A stretch of 47,276 nucleotides of DNA from a virus (Duplodnaviria; Caudoviricetes): the IMG/VR virus record IMGVR_UViG_3300046779_000790, positions 1 to 47,276 of that record, one strand, 5' to 3'. A program made the translations under genes and the position numbers. The notes below the pieces were generated by a model. The model saw only the letters and a list, made by a program, of their open reading frames with translations. It did no database searches and was not told the DNA's origin. How positions within the stretch are numbered: position 1 is the first letter of the stretch; every line of letters starts with the position of its first letter. This document shows positions 33,000-44,018 of this stretch, piece after piece.

Positions 33000-35533
33000 T
33001 GTCAAATTTTTATACAAATGTCCAGGTTATTTCTGGTAACATTCTTTATCGTGGTGTCTTAGATGGCAAAAGAGTAAAGCAAAAGATTGAATACTCACCA
33101 TCACTTTATATTTCCACCAACAAAAAAACAGAATATCGTTCTTTAGACGGTGAACCGTTGCAGCGTAAACTGTTTGGTAACATCTACGAAGCCAAGAATT
33201 ACATTGAACAATTCAAAGATGTATCAAACATTCGTATCTTTGGTAATACAAGGTATGAGTATGCATTTATTGCTGAACAACATCCAGACATGGTTGATTG
33301 GGACCAGAGCAAGATTCTTATTGCCGTAATTGACATTGAAGTTGGTTCAGAGAATGGTTTTCCTGATCCTTATGATGCCAATGAACCTATCACCGCTATC
33401 ACTATTACATATCTTGGTGAGGCACCAATCGTTCTTGGTTGCGGTGATTATGAAACTAAAGGCAATGAAGTATACATCAAATGTCGTGATGAATGGTCTT
33501 TGTGTAAAAAGTTTATTGAAATCTGGACTCGTAAATGTCCAGACGTTATCACTGGTTGGAACACCAAGTTCTTTGATATTCCATATTTGATTAACCGATT
33601 CAACCGTATTCTTGGTGAAGATGATACCAAGAAGTTGTCACCATGGAATTTCATTAAGAATCGTACAACAGTAATTAATGGTCGTCAGTTGATTGCCTAT
33701 GAGATTGTTGGTGTTGCGTCACTTGATTATATTGAACTGTACAAATGGTATGCGCCGGGTGGCAAGTCACAAGAATCTTATCGTTTGGATAACATTGCAC
33801 AGGTAGAACTTGGTGAAGGTAAGATTTCGTATGATGAATATGAAAACTTACACCAACTTTACAGATTGAATTACCAACTCTTTATCGAATACAACATCAA
33901 AGACGTTGACTTGATTCTCCGTTTGGAAGATAAGTTGAAGTTGATTGAATTGGCTTTGACTCTTGCATATGATACCAAATCAAACTACGAAGATGTATTT
34001 GCACAAACTCGTATGTGGGATTCTTTGACATATTCTTATCTGTTGAAACAAAACATAATTGTGCCACCAAAAGTGATACAAGAAAAAGATACTGCTTTTG
34101 AAGGTGCGTATGTCAAAGAAGTCCAGGTTGGCCTACATAGTTACGTGGCCAGTTTTGACTTGAACAGTTTGTATCCTCACTTGATGATGCAATACAATAT
34201 CAGTCCAGAAACACTAATTGATCCAAGTGATTATACACCAGCGATGCGTGAAATCATCTCACAAGGTGTTACAGTCGATAAACTCTTGCAAAGACAAATT
34301 GACATTTCAAGTTTGGAAAATGCCACAATCACACCCAACGGACAATTCTTTAGAACCGACTTTCAAGGTTTCTTGCCTAAGATGATGGAAGAAATGTATG
34401 AAGACCGTAAGAAGTTTAAGAAGTTGATGTTGCAGGCTAAACAAGAATATGAGAATGAAAAAGATGAATCGAAGAAATACGAAATTGAAAAACGAATCGC
34501 CAGATATGACAACCTCCAACTCGCAAAGAAAGTTTCCCTTAACTCTGCCTACGGTGCTTTGGGAAGTCAGTATTTTAGGTTTTATGACCTACGCATGGCA
34601 CTTGGAGTTACTACGGCAGGCCAGCTCTCGATTCGTTGGATCGAAAACAAAATCAACCAATACATGAACAAATTGTTGAGTACAGATGAAAAAGATTACG
34701 TTATCGCCTCAGACACAGATTCGATATATCTTAATCTTGGTCCGCTTGTTGAAAAGGTCTATTCTAAAAAGACAGACGTTAATCAACTTATCTCCTTCAT
34801 GGATCGTGTCTGTGAAGATAAGTTGCAACCGTATATCGACAAGAGTTATCAGGAGCTTGCTACGTATGTCCATGCGTATGAACAAAAGATGCAAATGAAA
34901 CGTGAAGCCTTGGCAGATAAAGGTATCTGGACTGCCAAGAAACGATACATTCTAAACATCTACAATAACGAAGGTGTGCAATATGCAGAACCTAAGATGA
35001 AAGTTATGGGTCTTGAAATGGTCAAGTCATCTACACCTGCGGCTATCCGTGAGAAGATGAAAGAATCTATCAAGTTGATGATTTCTGGTACAGAATCAGA
35101 CATTCATAAATTCATTGCAGACTTTAGAGAAGAATTCAAAAAGTTACCACCAGAAGCCATTTCCACACCACGTGGTATGAATGGTTTGAAGAATTATTCT
35201 GATGCGGTAACCTTGTACAAAAAAGGTACACCAATCCATGTGAAAGGTGCCATTCTCTATAATCACCATTTGAAACAACTTGGTCTTACCAAAAAATATG
35301 AATTAATCAAAGAGGGTGAGAAGATTAAGTTTACCTATTTGAAGATGCCAAACCCATTTAAAGATACCGTTATTTCTTACCCATCAAGATTGCCGAAAGA
35401 GTTTGAGCTTGACAAGTATGTTGATTATGATTTACAATTCGATAAAACTTTCTTGGATCCAGTTCGTGCAATTTTGGAATGTATTGGTTGGAAAACTGAG
35501 AAAGGTAATTCTTTAGAGGACTTCTTTTCATGA
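32999..35533 (+). CDS. gp43: Family B DNA polymerase
   Basis: DIEV exonuclease, SFDLNSLYP, KVSLNSAYG, SDTDS. Confidence 0.98.
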   Translation: MSNFYTNVQVISGNILYRGVLDGKRVKQKIEYSPSLYISTNKKTEYRSLDGEPLQRKLFGNIYEAKNYIEQFKDVSNIRIFGNTRYEYAFIAEQHPDMVDWDQSKILIAVIDIEVGSENGFPDPYDANEPITAITITYLGEAPIVLGCGDYETKGNEVYIKCRDEWSLCKKFIEIWTRKCPDVITGWNTKFFDIPYLINRFNRILGEDDTKKLSPWNFIKNRTTVINGRQLIAYEIVGVASLDYIELYKWYAPGGKSQESYRLDNIAQVELGEGKISYDEYENLHQLYRLNYQLFIEYNIKDVDLILRLEDKLKLIELALTLAYDTKSNYEDVFAQTRMWDSLTYSYLLKQNIIVPPKVIQEKDTAFEGAYVKEVQVGLHSYVASFDLNSLYPHLMMQYNISPETLIDPSDYTPAMREIISQGVTVDKLLQRQIDISSLENATITPNGQFFRTDFQGFLPKMMEEMYEDRKKFKKLMLQAKQEYENEKDESKKYEIEKRIARYDNLQLAKKVSLNSAYGALGSQYFRFYDLRMALGVTTAGQLSIRWIENKINQYMNKLLSTDEKDYVIASDTDSIYLNLGPLVEKVYSKKTDVNQLISFMDRVCEDKLQPYIDKSYQELATYVHAYEQKMQMKREALADKGIWTAKKRYILNIYNNEGVQYAEPKMKVMGLEMVKSSTPAAIREKMKESIKLMISGTESDIHKFIADFREEFKKLPPEAISTPRGMNGLKNYSDAVTLYKKGTPIHVKGAILYNHHLKQLGLTKKYELIKEGEKIKFTYLKMPNPFKDTVISYPSRLPKEFELDKYVDYDLQFDKTFLDPVRAILECIGWKTEKGNSLEDFFS

Positions 35534-36651
35534 TTTTTTTGACCTTATTAACAGCAATAGCATTATCTGCCGTTGCTGGTTATTATTCTGTTATCGGTTT
35601 GGCGGAAATCTTTCCAGGTTCTTTCTGGCCAGTCATTATTATGGGTTCGATACTTGAAGCATCGAAACTTGTAACTGTATCTTGGTTGTATAGGAACTGG
35701 AAAGAATGTCCAATACTAATCAAATCATATCTATCAATTGCTGTAACGATTTTGATGTTGATTACTTCTATGGGTATCTTTGGTTTCTTATCAAAGGCAC
35801 ACTTAGAGCATTCATCAGATAATGCACCACTTGTAGATAAGATTGCATTATTGGATGAGAAGATTAAAACGGAGAAAGAAAATGTCGAAGCAAACCGCAA
35901 GGCAATTAAACAGTATGATGAGGTTGTGGACCAAACTATGGGTCGTTCAACTGATGAAAAAGGTGCCGCAACAGCGCAAGCAATACGGCGTTCCCAACAG
36001 AAAGATAGGACTAGAATACTACAAGAAATTCAACAGTCGCAAGCCGCCATTGCCAAATACTCCGAGGAACGTGCGCCTCTATCTACAGAGCTTAAAAAGG
36101 TCGAAGCGGATATCGGGCCAATCAAATACATTGCAGCCTTGGCGTATGGTACAGAGGCTTCTACAGATATTATCGACAAAGCGGTAAGACTTGTTATTCT
36201 ATTGATTATTGTTGTGTTTGATCCATTGGCAATTTTATTGTTGATTGCATACAACATGTCGATAGGTAAAAATGAAAACATTGTAAGTATTAAACAGGCA
36301 GTAGAAGAACCACCACCAATGCCTGAACCAGAACCGATTGATCCGTATGCATACCTAAAGAAACCATTTAAACACTTTGAGAATTTGAAACCAATGGTTG
36401 CACCGATGGATAAACCTATTGAACAAACAAAACAAGAAACTGTAGAAGTAAAAAAAGATAATATGATTGTCATTGATGATGCGACTGGTGAAACCATACC
36501 ACCAATCACACATGAAAAAGTAGAAGTTCATGTGGCACCAGGAATGCATGAAGAACATCATGTGCCTGTCAAATCACTTGAACCTAAGTATGATTATGAA
36601 GAACCTTATTCGTTCAAAGAAAAAAATGTTCGTGATGAAAGTAAATTTTAA
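35530..36651 (+). CDS. Multi-pass membrane coiled-coil protein
   Basis: N-terminal TM helices, ITSMGIFGFLSKAH, VFDPLAILLLIA. Confidence 0.75.
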   Translation: MIFLTLLTAIALSAVAGYYSVIGLAEIFPGSFWPVIIMGSILEASKLVTVSWLYRNWKECPILIKSYLSIAVTILMLITSMGIFGFLSKAHLEHSSDNAPLVDKIALLDEKIKTEKENVEANRKAIKQYDEVVDQTMGRSTDEKGAATAQAIRRSQQKDRTRILQEIQQSQAAIAKYSEERAPLSTELKKVEADIGPIKYIAALAYGTEASTDIIDKAVRLVILLIIVVFDPLAILLLIAYNMSIGKNENIVSIKQAVEEPPPMPEPEPIDPYAYLKKPFKHFENLKPMVAPMDKPIEQTKQETVEVKKDNMIVIDDATGETIPPITHEKVEVHVAPGMHEEHHVPVKSLEPKYDYEEPYSFKEKNVRDESKF

Positions 36652-36662
36652 AGGATGTAACT

Positions 36663-37736
36663 ATGAGTATATTAGATAAAATCAAAAAGAACAGCAGCAT
36701 CAAAGATTCTGCTATCTTGGCTAAATCAAAATTCTTTAATGATAAAGATATGATTCCAACCGCAGTGCCAATTATTAACGTGGCACTTTCTGGTAAATTA
36801 GACGGTGGTCTAACACCAGGTCTTACAATGTGGGCAGGTCCATCCAAACACTTTAAGACAGCATTTTCCTTATTGATGGCCAAATCTTATCTGGACAAAT
36901 ATGAAGATGCAGCACTATTATTCTACGATTCGGAGTTTGGTACTCCGCAGTCTTACTTTGATTCTTTTGGCATCGACACTAACAGGGTGCTCCATACTCC
37001 TCTTACAGATATTGAACAACTCAAATTCGATGTGATGGCTCAGTTGACACAATTGGAACGTGGTGATAAATTAATTATCGTCATTGATTCAATCGGTAAC
37101 TTGGCATCCAAGAAAGAAGTTGAAGATGCCTTGGCGGAGAAATCAGTTGCTGATATGTCACGTGCAAAACAAGTTAAGAGTTTGTTCCGTATGGTAACAC
37201 CACACTTGTCTTTGAAAGATATTCCAATGATTGTTGTTAATCACACATACAAAGAGATTGGTATGTTCCCGAAAGATATCGTTGGCGGCGGCACAGGTTC
37301 ATATTACTCTGCTGATAATATCTTTATTATTGGTAGACAACAAGAAAAAGACGGTACAGAAGTTACCGGTTACAATTTTATTATCAACGTAGAAAAATCT
37401 AGATATGTCAAAGAAAAATCTAAAATACCTGTGTCTGTATCTTTTGACGGTGGTATCAGCACTTGGTCTGGTTTGCTGGACCTTGCTTTGGAATCCAAGC
37501 ATGTGGTTAAACCAAAAAATGGTTGGTATCAACGTGTTGACGCTGATGGTGTGATTGAAGAAAAGAATTACCGTGAGAAGGACACCGATTCCAAAGAGTT
37601 CTGGATGCCTATTCTTAAACAGAAATCATTCCGTGATTTCATTGAGAACAAATACCGTGTGGCATCTGGCGAAATTATGAGCAGTAACATTGATGAAACA
37701 TTCGATGTTGAAACTATGAATGGAACAGAAGTATGA
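36663..37736 (+). CDS. uvsX: RecA-like recombinase UvsX
   Basis: AGPSKHFKT, YDSEFG, DSIGNLASKKE. Confidence 0.97.
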   Translation: MSILDKIKKNSSIKDSAILAKSKFFNDKDMIPTAVPIINVALSGKLDGGLTPGLTMWAGPSKHFKTAFSLLMAKSYLDKYEDAALLFYDSEFGTPQSYFDSFGIDTNRVLHTPLTDIEQLKFDVMAQLTQLERGDKLIIVIDSIGNLASKKEVEDALAEKSVADMSRAKQVKSLFRMVTPHLSLKDIPMIVVNHTYKEIGMFPKDIVGGGTGSYYSADNIFIIGRQQEKDGTEVTGYNFIINVEKSRYVKEKSKIPVSVSFDGGISTWSGLLDLALESKHVVKPKNGWYQRVDADGVIEEKNYREKDTDSKEFWMPILKQKSFRDFIENKYRVASGEIMSSNIDETFDVETMNGTEV

Positions 37737-38056
37737 TTGAAGGTGTTGATTATTGTTACATCTACCCAAAAGATAATGAAACTGCGGTTAACATTAAATT
37801 TTTGGAAGGTCCTTACAAAGATACCATATTCAAATATGGTAAGGTAAAGTTTAAAGAAGAAAACGAACAGGTCTATTTACTTTTTGCTTACGATGTGTTA
37901 GAATCACCAGTTAAGAAGCCAGCTAAGCTGGAAAAAGATGATGCCTTTAAAAATTATATTGGTGACTTATTGGTAGAAATAATGTCATCTAACATGGAAC
38001 AGGAAGTGATTGATGAGACTGGAACAAACGATTCTAAAGAATCTGATTTACAATGA
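37733..38056 (+). CDS. Hypothetical protein in gp40 position (head assembly chaperone-like)
   Basis: Between uvsX and gp41; IFKYGKVKF. Confidence 0.55.
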   Translation: MIEGVDYCYIYPKDNETAVNIKFLEGPYKDTIFKYGKVKFKEENEQVYLLFAYDVLESPVKKPAKLEKDDAFKNYIGDLLVEIMSSNMEQEVIDETGTNDSKESDLQ

Positions 38057-39404
38057 AGAATACTTACGTAAGGTACTCCCTTTCATCAAAGAGGACTACT
38101 TTACAGATAGGACCGATAGAGCAATCTTCACTGAGATTTCCAAATTCACGGACTCTTACAACTCTACACCAACGATTGAAGCACTTGAACTGGCCGTCAA
38201 AGAAAGGCGAAATCTCACAGATGAAGAAGTGGAGAAGTGTGAAACTAATTTGCAAGAGATTGCTAAAACTAGAGAAGAACTCTCCAAGATTGAATGGTTG
38301 GTTGATAAGACCGAAAAATTCTGTCAAGAGAAGGCCATATACAATGCTGTATTGGGGTCTATTTCCATCCTCGATGGTAAAGACAAAACCCAAGATAAAG
38401 GGTCCATACCTAAACTACTTTCCGATGCACTAGCAATTTCTTTTGATAGTTCGGTTGGTCATGATTACTTGGAAAACTCCGATGAACGTTATGACTTCTA
38501 CCACAAGAAAGAAGAAAGAATTCCATTTGACCTTGAATTATTCAATAAGATAACCAAAGGCGGTTTACCTAAGAAAACATTGAACATTGCTTTGGCAGGA
38601 ACTGGTGTTGGTAAATCTTTGTTCATGTGTCATGTTGCCGCAGGCGCAATGGTACAAGGTAAGAATGTATTGTACATCACTATGGAAATGGCAGAAGAAA
38701 AGATTGCTGAGCGTATTGATGCCAACTTGCTGAATGTTACAGTTGATGATTTGTTGAATCTTCCTAAGGAGATGTATGACAAGAAGATTGAAAAACTCCG
38801 TGAAAAAACAGTTGGTAAATTAATCATCAAAGAATATCCAACTGCATCGGCTTCTGCAACACACTTTAGAACACTATTGAATGAATTGAATTTGAAAAAG
38901 TCTTTTGTACCTGACCTTATCTTTATTGACTATTTGAACATCTGTTGTTCCTCTCGTATCAAGGCTGGTGCGAATATCAATTCTTACACTTATGTTAAAT
39001 CTATTGCTGAAGAACTTCGTGGTCTGGCAGTAGAGTATAATGTACCAATTGTGAGTGCAACACAAACAACTCGTAGTGGTTTCAACAGTAGTGATCCTGG
39101 TTTGGAAGATACATCAGAATCTTTTGGTTTGCCTGCAACTGCTGACTTTATGTTTGCGTTGATTTCTTCAGAAGAACTTGAAGAACTTGGCCAGATTATG
39201 GTCAAACAGTTGAAGAATCGTTATGCCGATCCAACAACATACAAACGTTTTAGTGTTGGTGTTGACCGTTCTAAGATGAGATTATATGATGTGGAGCAAT
39301 CTGCACAAAATGATATTACAGATTCCGGTAATGATAAACCATTGAATACATTTGGTGACCGTGAAAGACCACAGAAGAAACAATTTACTGGATTTAAAGT
39401 ATGA
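38013..39404 (+). CDS. gp41: Replicative DnaB-like helicase
   Basis: AGTGVGKS, IDYLNI, SATQTTRSG, KQLKNRY. Confidence 0.97.
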   Translation: MRLEQTILKNLIYNEEYLRKVLPFIKEDYFTDRTDRAIFTEISKFTDSYNSTPTIEALELAVKERRNLTDEEVEKCETNLQEIAKTREELSKIEWLVDKTEKFCQEKAIYNAVLGSISILDGKDKTQDKGSIPKLLSDALAISFDSSVGHDYLENSDERYDFYHKKEERIPFDLELFNKITKGGLPKKTLNIALAGTGVGKSLFMCHVAAGAMVQGKNVLYITMEMAEEKIAERIDANLLNVTVDDLLNLPKEMYDKKIEKLREKTVGKLIIKEYPTASASATHFRTLLNELNLKKSFVPDLIFIDYLNICCSSRIKAGANINSYTYVKSIAEELRGLAVEYNVPIVSATQTTRSGFNSSDPGLEDTSESFGLPATADFMFALISSEELEELGQIMVKQLKNRYADPTTYKRFSVGVDRSKMRLYDVEQSAQNDITDSGNDKPLNTFGDRERPQKKQFTGFKV

Positions 39405-40507
39405 AGTTAGAATTTAATGATGCTGTTCATTGTGCCAAAGTATTTGAAGATTACTTTGGTAATTTTGACCGTATTGATGAATATATGCGTGACCAGAAGT
39501 TGAACTCTTTGGCTGAGTTGCCATCGAATCCTTTGTTTCCAATTGAAGATGAGTTGTTTCAAGATTTCAAAATGCATCCAAAAGATATGGATTTTGAAGT
39601 TGTTGAGATTGATACTGAAACATGGACTAATCTATTGAACATCACTTCATCACATGTGAATATTCCGCCCGTTGGTCGTAATGTCAAAGTGGCAGTACGT
39701 GAGAAGAACACAGGAAAGTACGTAGGTTTCATTCGTCTTGGTTCACCTGTAATCAACTGTAAACCTCGTAATGAATTGCTTGGACAAGTGTTTACACAAA
39801 AACCTGAGTGGGGTAAACGATTCAACAACTCTGCAATGATGGGTTTTGTTATCGTACCTGCACAACCATTTGGTTATAATTATCTTGGTGGTAAACTTCT
39901 GGCTGCAATCTGTACGTCACATGAAGTACGTGAGATTGTGAATAAGAAGTATGGTATGAATTTGTGTTTGTTTGAGACTACCTCTTTGTATGGTAGTTCT
40001 AAGACTGTATCTCAATATGATGGTATGAAACCATATATCAGATACAAAGGTTTAACTGAGAGTGATTTCTTGCCTATGATGCACGGTAAACCATATTCTG
40101 ACCTACGTGATTTCGTCCAAGATAAAGTCGGACCTTTGGTTGAGGATGATGCTTCTAGCAAGAAACTAAAAATCTCTATGAAGATTATTTCACTCACCAA
40201 AGCAGCACTTAAAGGTACACCTGAGGGGGATACATTCTCAGCAACGATTGAGAAGGCAAAAGGGTTGACAGAACAAAAAAGATATTATATTAGTGACTAT
40301 GGTTTCAAAAACATGGTTGACTATGTAAACTGTAAGACGGACGTGCTTATTCCTGGTGAAAACTATGAAAAACATAATTTGGTAAACTTGATTGAGTGGT
40401 GGAGAAACAAAGCCGTCAATCGGTATGCAACACTTCATAATGAAGGTCGTTTAAGAAATGAACTTGAGGTCTGGACTTCTGGAAAGGATATCCAAATCAT
40501 TAGATAA
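39401..40507 (+). CDS. DUF4338 / DruA-like protein, paralog 2
   Basis: IVPAQPFGYNYLGGKLLAAIC, ETTSLYG...SQYDG. Confidence 0.65.
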   Translation: MKLEFNDAVHCAKVFEDYFGNFDRIDEYMRDQKLNSLAELPSNPLFPIEDELFQDFKMHPKDMDFEVVEIDTETWTNLLNITSSHVNIPPVGRNVKVAVREKNTGKYVGFIRLGSPVINCKPRNELLGQVFTQKPEWGKRFNNSAMMGFVIVPAQPFGYNYLGGKLLAAICTSHEVREIVNKKYGMNLCLFETTSLYGSSKTVSQYDGMKPYIRYKGLTESDFLPMMHGKPYSDLRDFVQDKVGPLVEDDASSKKLKISMKIISLTKAALKGTPEGDTFSATIEKAKGLTEQKRYYISDYGFKNMVDYVNCKTDVLIPGENYEKHNLVNLIEWWRNKAVNRYATLHNEGRLRNELEVWTSGKDIQIIR

Positions 40508-40529
40508 ATACTTTCTTTGAAAGTGATCC

Positions 40530-41609
40530 ATGGCTTATACTTTTTTTCCTAAAACAGCAACAGAGATTAAACAAACCTTAAAGGGTGAAAAATCAAAGAT
40601 AGATGATATAATCAATGTCTTTGCGTATTTGAAATCTAAATTTCCAAAAGTTGCAACTCCAATCAACGTTGATCCTGCAGCAATTGCTAAGATTAATGTT
40701 ACTAGAGATTTGCAAACTGATATAGACCTTGCTAAAATAAAAAAGGAAGCAAAAGTAACCAAAATAACCATGAAGTTTGGTTCTGGATCATCTGGCGGCC
40801 GAGGTGTGCAAAACAAAGGTAATGCTTATGAAGGACAACTTGCAGAAGCAATTATACAATGGTGGGAAGGTAAGAAAATACCAGACCTAAAACTGAAAGA
40901 AGCCGTTGATGATATTGTCAAACTACACAAATTAGAAAAAGTAAAAAAACTAGAAGTTAAAATGGTTGGTGAATTGAATAATAAACGACCATTCATTTTC
41001 TCACCACAAGTTTTAATTTCATCTAAGATTGCTGTACAGGATAACAATTTAGGTCCGGTTGTTACCGATATTACGTTGATATGTGATGGCAAAAAAGAAA
41101 TCTATCTAAGTTTGAAAACTGGTGGTACAGTCACATTCTTTAACTCGGGTATTCGTACAGTACTTTCTCCACAAGAAATTAAAACTGGTCGTATCAAAAA
41201 TAAAGACGGTTTAAAAATTTTGGATATGTTTAATATCAATGATGCATTGTTCTGTGATATCTACAATGGCAATCTTAAAAAAGGTTATGTTGAAGATGTT
41301 TGGAAAACAATGACTCAGAAACAGAAGAACGAATTAAAAAACTTTTTGATTTCTGGTGTTGGCCATGGTTATACCATCGTTCACAAGTTGACTGGTAAAA
41401 CTGAGGTTTATGAGATTGATAAAAAGTATATGACAGAAGCGGCAACACCAACTTCTTGTAATGTATATTATGGTGGTAAATCTGGTACAGGTAAGCGTAT
41501 TGACATGGAGATAGAAACAGGTCATTACATTCTTAAACTCAACATACGTGATACACAAGGTGGTGATGGTTATCCTACCCGTATGATGTGTGACTACTCT
41601 TACAAATAA
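40530..41609 (+). CDS. Hypothetical protein, possible PD-(D/E)xK nuclease
   Basis: GNAYE...TDITL...YLSLK pattern; late-promoter-like GATAAATA upstream. Confidence 0.5.
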   Translation: MAYTFFPKTATEIKQTLKGEKSKIDDIINVFAYLKSKFPKVATPINVDPAAIAKINVTRDLQTDIDLAKIKKEAKVTKITMKFGSGSSGGRGVQNKGNAYEGQLAEAIIQWWEGKKIPDLKLKEAVDDIVKLHKLEKVKKLEVKMVGELNNKRPFIFSPQVLISSKIAVQDNNLGPVVTDITLICDGKKEIYLSLKTGGTVTFFNSGIRTVLSPQEIKTGRIKNKDGLKILDMFNINDALFCDIYNGNLKKGYVEDVWKTMTQKQKNELKNFLISGVGHGYTIVHKLTGKTEVYEIDKKYMTEAATPTSCNVYYGGKSGTGKRIDMEIETGHYILKLNIRDTQGGDGYPTRMMCDYSYK

Positions 41610-41890
41610 TGGCACTAACAGACTTTGATAAAATTTTAAAACAGTACGAGAACACTGATAATGATTTCGGTTTCTCTGCTGTATCAGAAGAAGAATATAA
41701 TTCTATAATCAACAAGACTGCCGAGACTGCGGATGATTATAAAACTCGCCTTGCAGAAGTTGAAAAAATGATTATCCCTTTCCTACAGAAACTACATACT
41801 ACAGGCGATAAAGAATACATTTATTGGCCTAATCGTAAACCAGCAATTGAAAAACAAATAGAGAAGATATTGAAATTAACTAGAGGATGA
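41609..41890 (+). CDS. Conserved hypothetical protein
   Basis: DFGFSAV, KEYIYWPNR. Confidence 0.7.
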   Translation: MALTDFDKILKQYENTDNDFGFSAVSEEEYNSIINKTAETADDYKTRLAEVEKMIIPFLQKLHTTGDKEYIYWPNRKPAIEKQIEKILKLTRG

Positions 41891-41893
41891 TTT

Positions 41894-42604
41894 ATGTCTG
41901 CGACTGTGATTATACCAACTACTGGTGCGCCGGAGTTGAAAGATGCTGTTCAATCTGTACTTGAACAAACTTATGAAACAAAATGTTATGTTGTTGCTGA
42001 TGGTGTACAAAACCATTCAAAAACAAGAATAATTACCGATGACTTTCTCTCTAGAAAAAATTTAGAGAGATGTTATCTACCCATCAATGTCGGTGCCAAT
42101 GGTTTTTATGGTCACCGTATCTATGCCGCCTTCACACATTTAATTGATACTGAATACGTATTGTATTTGGACCAAGATTGTTGGATGGAACCAGACCATG
42201 TTGAAAAATGCATCAACACAATCAAAGAGAAAAAACTAGACTGGACTTATTCACTTAGAAAAATTTGTGATAAAGAAGGTAAATATATTACCAATGATGA
42301 TTGTGAATCACTAGGTAAATGGCAAACTTATCATGGTGTCAATCATATAGATACTAATTGTTATTGCCTTAAAACAGAAGTTGCGATAAAATTAGCACAA
42401 GTTTGGCATGGTGGTTGGGGTCAAGATAGAGTTTGGTATCAAGTCATGTCACAATATTTTCCAAACTTTGATTGCACTGGTGAATACACTGTCAATTATA
42501 AGGTAGATGGAAATGCTGGTTCAGTTAATGCAGATTTCTTTCATAATGGAAATAAAATAATGAATGACAAATATAATGGAGTTTTCCCATGGCGAAAAAT
42601 TTAA
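41894..42604 (+). CDS. Glycosyltransferase family 2
   Basis: VIIPTTG, VVADG, YLDQD, HIDTNCY. Confidence 0.85.
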   Translation: MSATVIIPTTGAPELKDAVQSVLEQTYETKCYVVADGVQNHSKTRIITDDFLSRKNLERCYLPINVGANGFYGHRIYAAFTHLIDTEYVLYLDQDCWMEPDHVEKCINTIKEKKLDWTYSLRKICDKEGKYITNDDCESLGKWQTYHGVNHIDTNCYCLKTEVAIKLAQVWHGGWGQDRVWYQVMSQYFPNFDCTGEYTVNYKVDGNAGSVNADFFHNGNKIMNDKYNGVFPWRKI

Positions 42605-43449
42605 TCATCGGTGCTTTCACTGGTTACAACTACAATCAACTAAAACCTTGGGTTGAATCTATTGACCGTTGTGGTTTCAAAGGTGACAAAGTAATGGTTG
42701 TTGGTGACGCAACACCAGAAACAAAACAAGAATTAGAAAAACGTGGTTTTCATTTACATCAAATGCCACGTATCAATGCACCAATTCATGTTGCAAGATT
42801 TTGGTCCATCTATAGTTATCTAAAAGAGTTTGGTCACAACTACGAAATTGTAGTTACAACCGATGTAAAGGATGTTTATTTCCAAAATGATCCTTGCAAA
42901 TGGATTGATAGTCATTTAGACCATCATGCTTTGGTTGCAGGTTCAGAATCCATGAGATACAAAGATGAACCTTGGGGTGACGTAAACTTACTTCAAACTT
43001 ATGGACATGAAGTATATGATATCTTCAAACACAATATCATTTATAATGTAGGAACATTTGGAGGACTATCTAACTATGTCCGAGATATGTGTTTCAACAT
43101 CTTCACCAATGCAACCAACAGGCCAATTCCTATCGTTGACCAGGCGGTCTATAATGTACTAATCAACACAGAACCTTATAAAAGTTCGGTGTTATTTACT
43201 GACCAGAATGATGGTTGGGCAGTACAACTTGGTACAACAGGTGACCCATCTAAAATGGATCAATTCAGACCATTTTTGACAGAACCAGAACCAATCTTTG
43301 ATTATGATAAGAAAATTATCACAACAACTAATGGTACACCACATTGCATCGTACACCAATATGACCGTGTTCCCAACTGGAAAAACTTGGTCATGGAAAT
43401 GTTCGGTCAAGATAACCCAAACGAATACTTTACCTATAGGACTTTATAA
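42589..43449 (+). CDS. GT-A fold glycosyltransferase-like protein
   Basis: TDVKDVYFQNDP, NVG, DQAVYN, IVHQYDR. Confidence 0.75.
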   Translation: MAKNLIIGAFTGYNYNQLKPWVESIDRCGFKGDKVMVVGDATPETKQELEKRGFHLHQMPRINAPIHVARFWSIYSYLKEFGHNYEIVVTTDVKDVYFQNDPCKWIDSHLDHHALVAGSESMRYKDEPWGDVNLLQTYGHEVYDIFKHNIIYNVGTFGGLSNYVRDMCFNIFTNATNRPIPIVDQAVYNVLINTEPYKSSVLFTDQNDGWAVQLGTTGDPSKMDQFRPFLTEPEPIFDYDKKIITTTNGTPHCIVHQYDRVPNWKNLVMEMFGQDNPNEYFTYRTL

Positions 43450-44018
43450 TGAGTGATATAATTACATTTAATACCGAAACACAATCCTTTAACATGGAGA
43501 CAGCTCAATTCAAATGTTCTGGTTTTGGTTTAGGACCAATGTCAAGAGCAATATTAAAACCTGTTGTATTGGAAATTGGTTGTGATATTGGAGACACTTC
43601 TGATTATCTTTTGAATGGACATCCAATGTTGGAACTATATTCAATCGACCCATATGAAAACTATGTTGATTGGAATGGTAATGCATTGAATGAACGTGAA
43701 GAAATTTATCAACGTATGATGAAACGTATGGAACGCTATGGCGATAGATTCACATTGATTCGTGACTACTCCGATAATGTTGTCAATGAATTTGAAGATG
43801 AAGAATTTGATATTATTTTTATTGATGGATTACATACTTACGACCAACTTACAAAAGACTGCAACAACTATTATTCAAAATTAAAACCAGGCGGTATCTT
43901 TTCAGGACACGATTACAATGCAATCACTGGTGTTCGTAAAGCCGCTGACGAATTTGCCGCAAAGGTCGGCAGAGAAATCCATTTCACTGAATCTGATGTT
44001 TGGTACTGGATAAAATGA
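43449..44018 (+). CDS. Class I SAM-dependent methyltransferase
   Basis: LEIGCDIG, IFIDGLH, LKPGGIFSGHDY. Confidence 0.88.
   Translation: MSDIITFNTETQSFNMETAQFKCSGFGLGPMSRAILKPVVLEIGCDIGDTSDYLLNGHPMLELYSIDPYENYVDWNGNALNEREEIYQRMMKRMERYGDRFTLIRDYSDNVVNEFEDEEFDIIFIDGLHTYDQLTKDCNNYYSKLKPGGIFSGHDYNAITGVRKAADEFAAKVGREIHFTESDVWYWIK

Noticed and set aside
32999-39404. Introns or inteins in gp43, uvsX or gp41
   Set aside because: Lengths are typical and motifs contiguous; no insertion or intein termini seen
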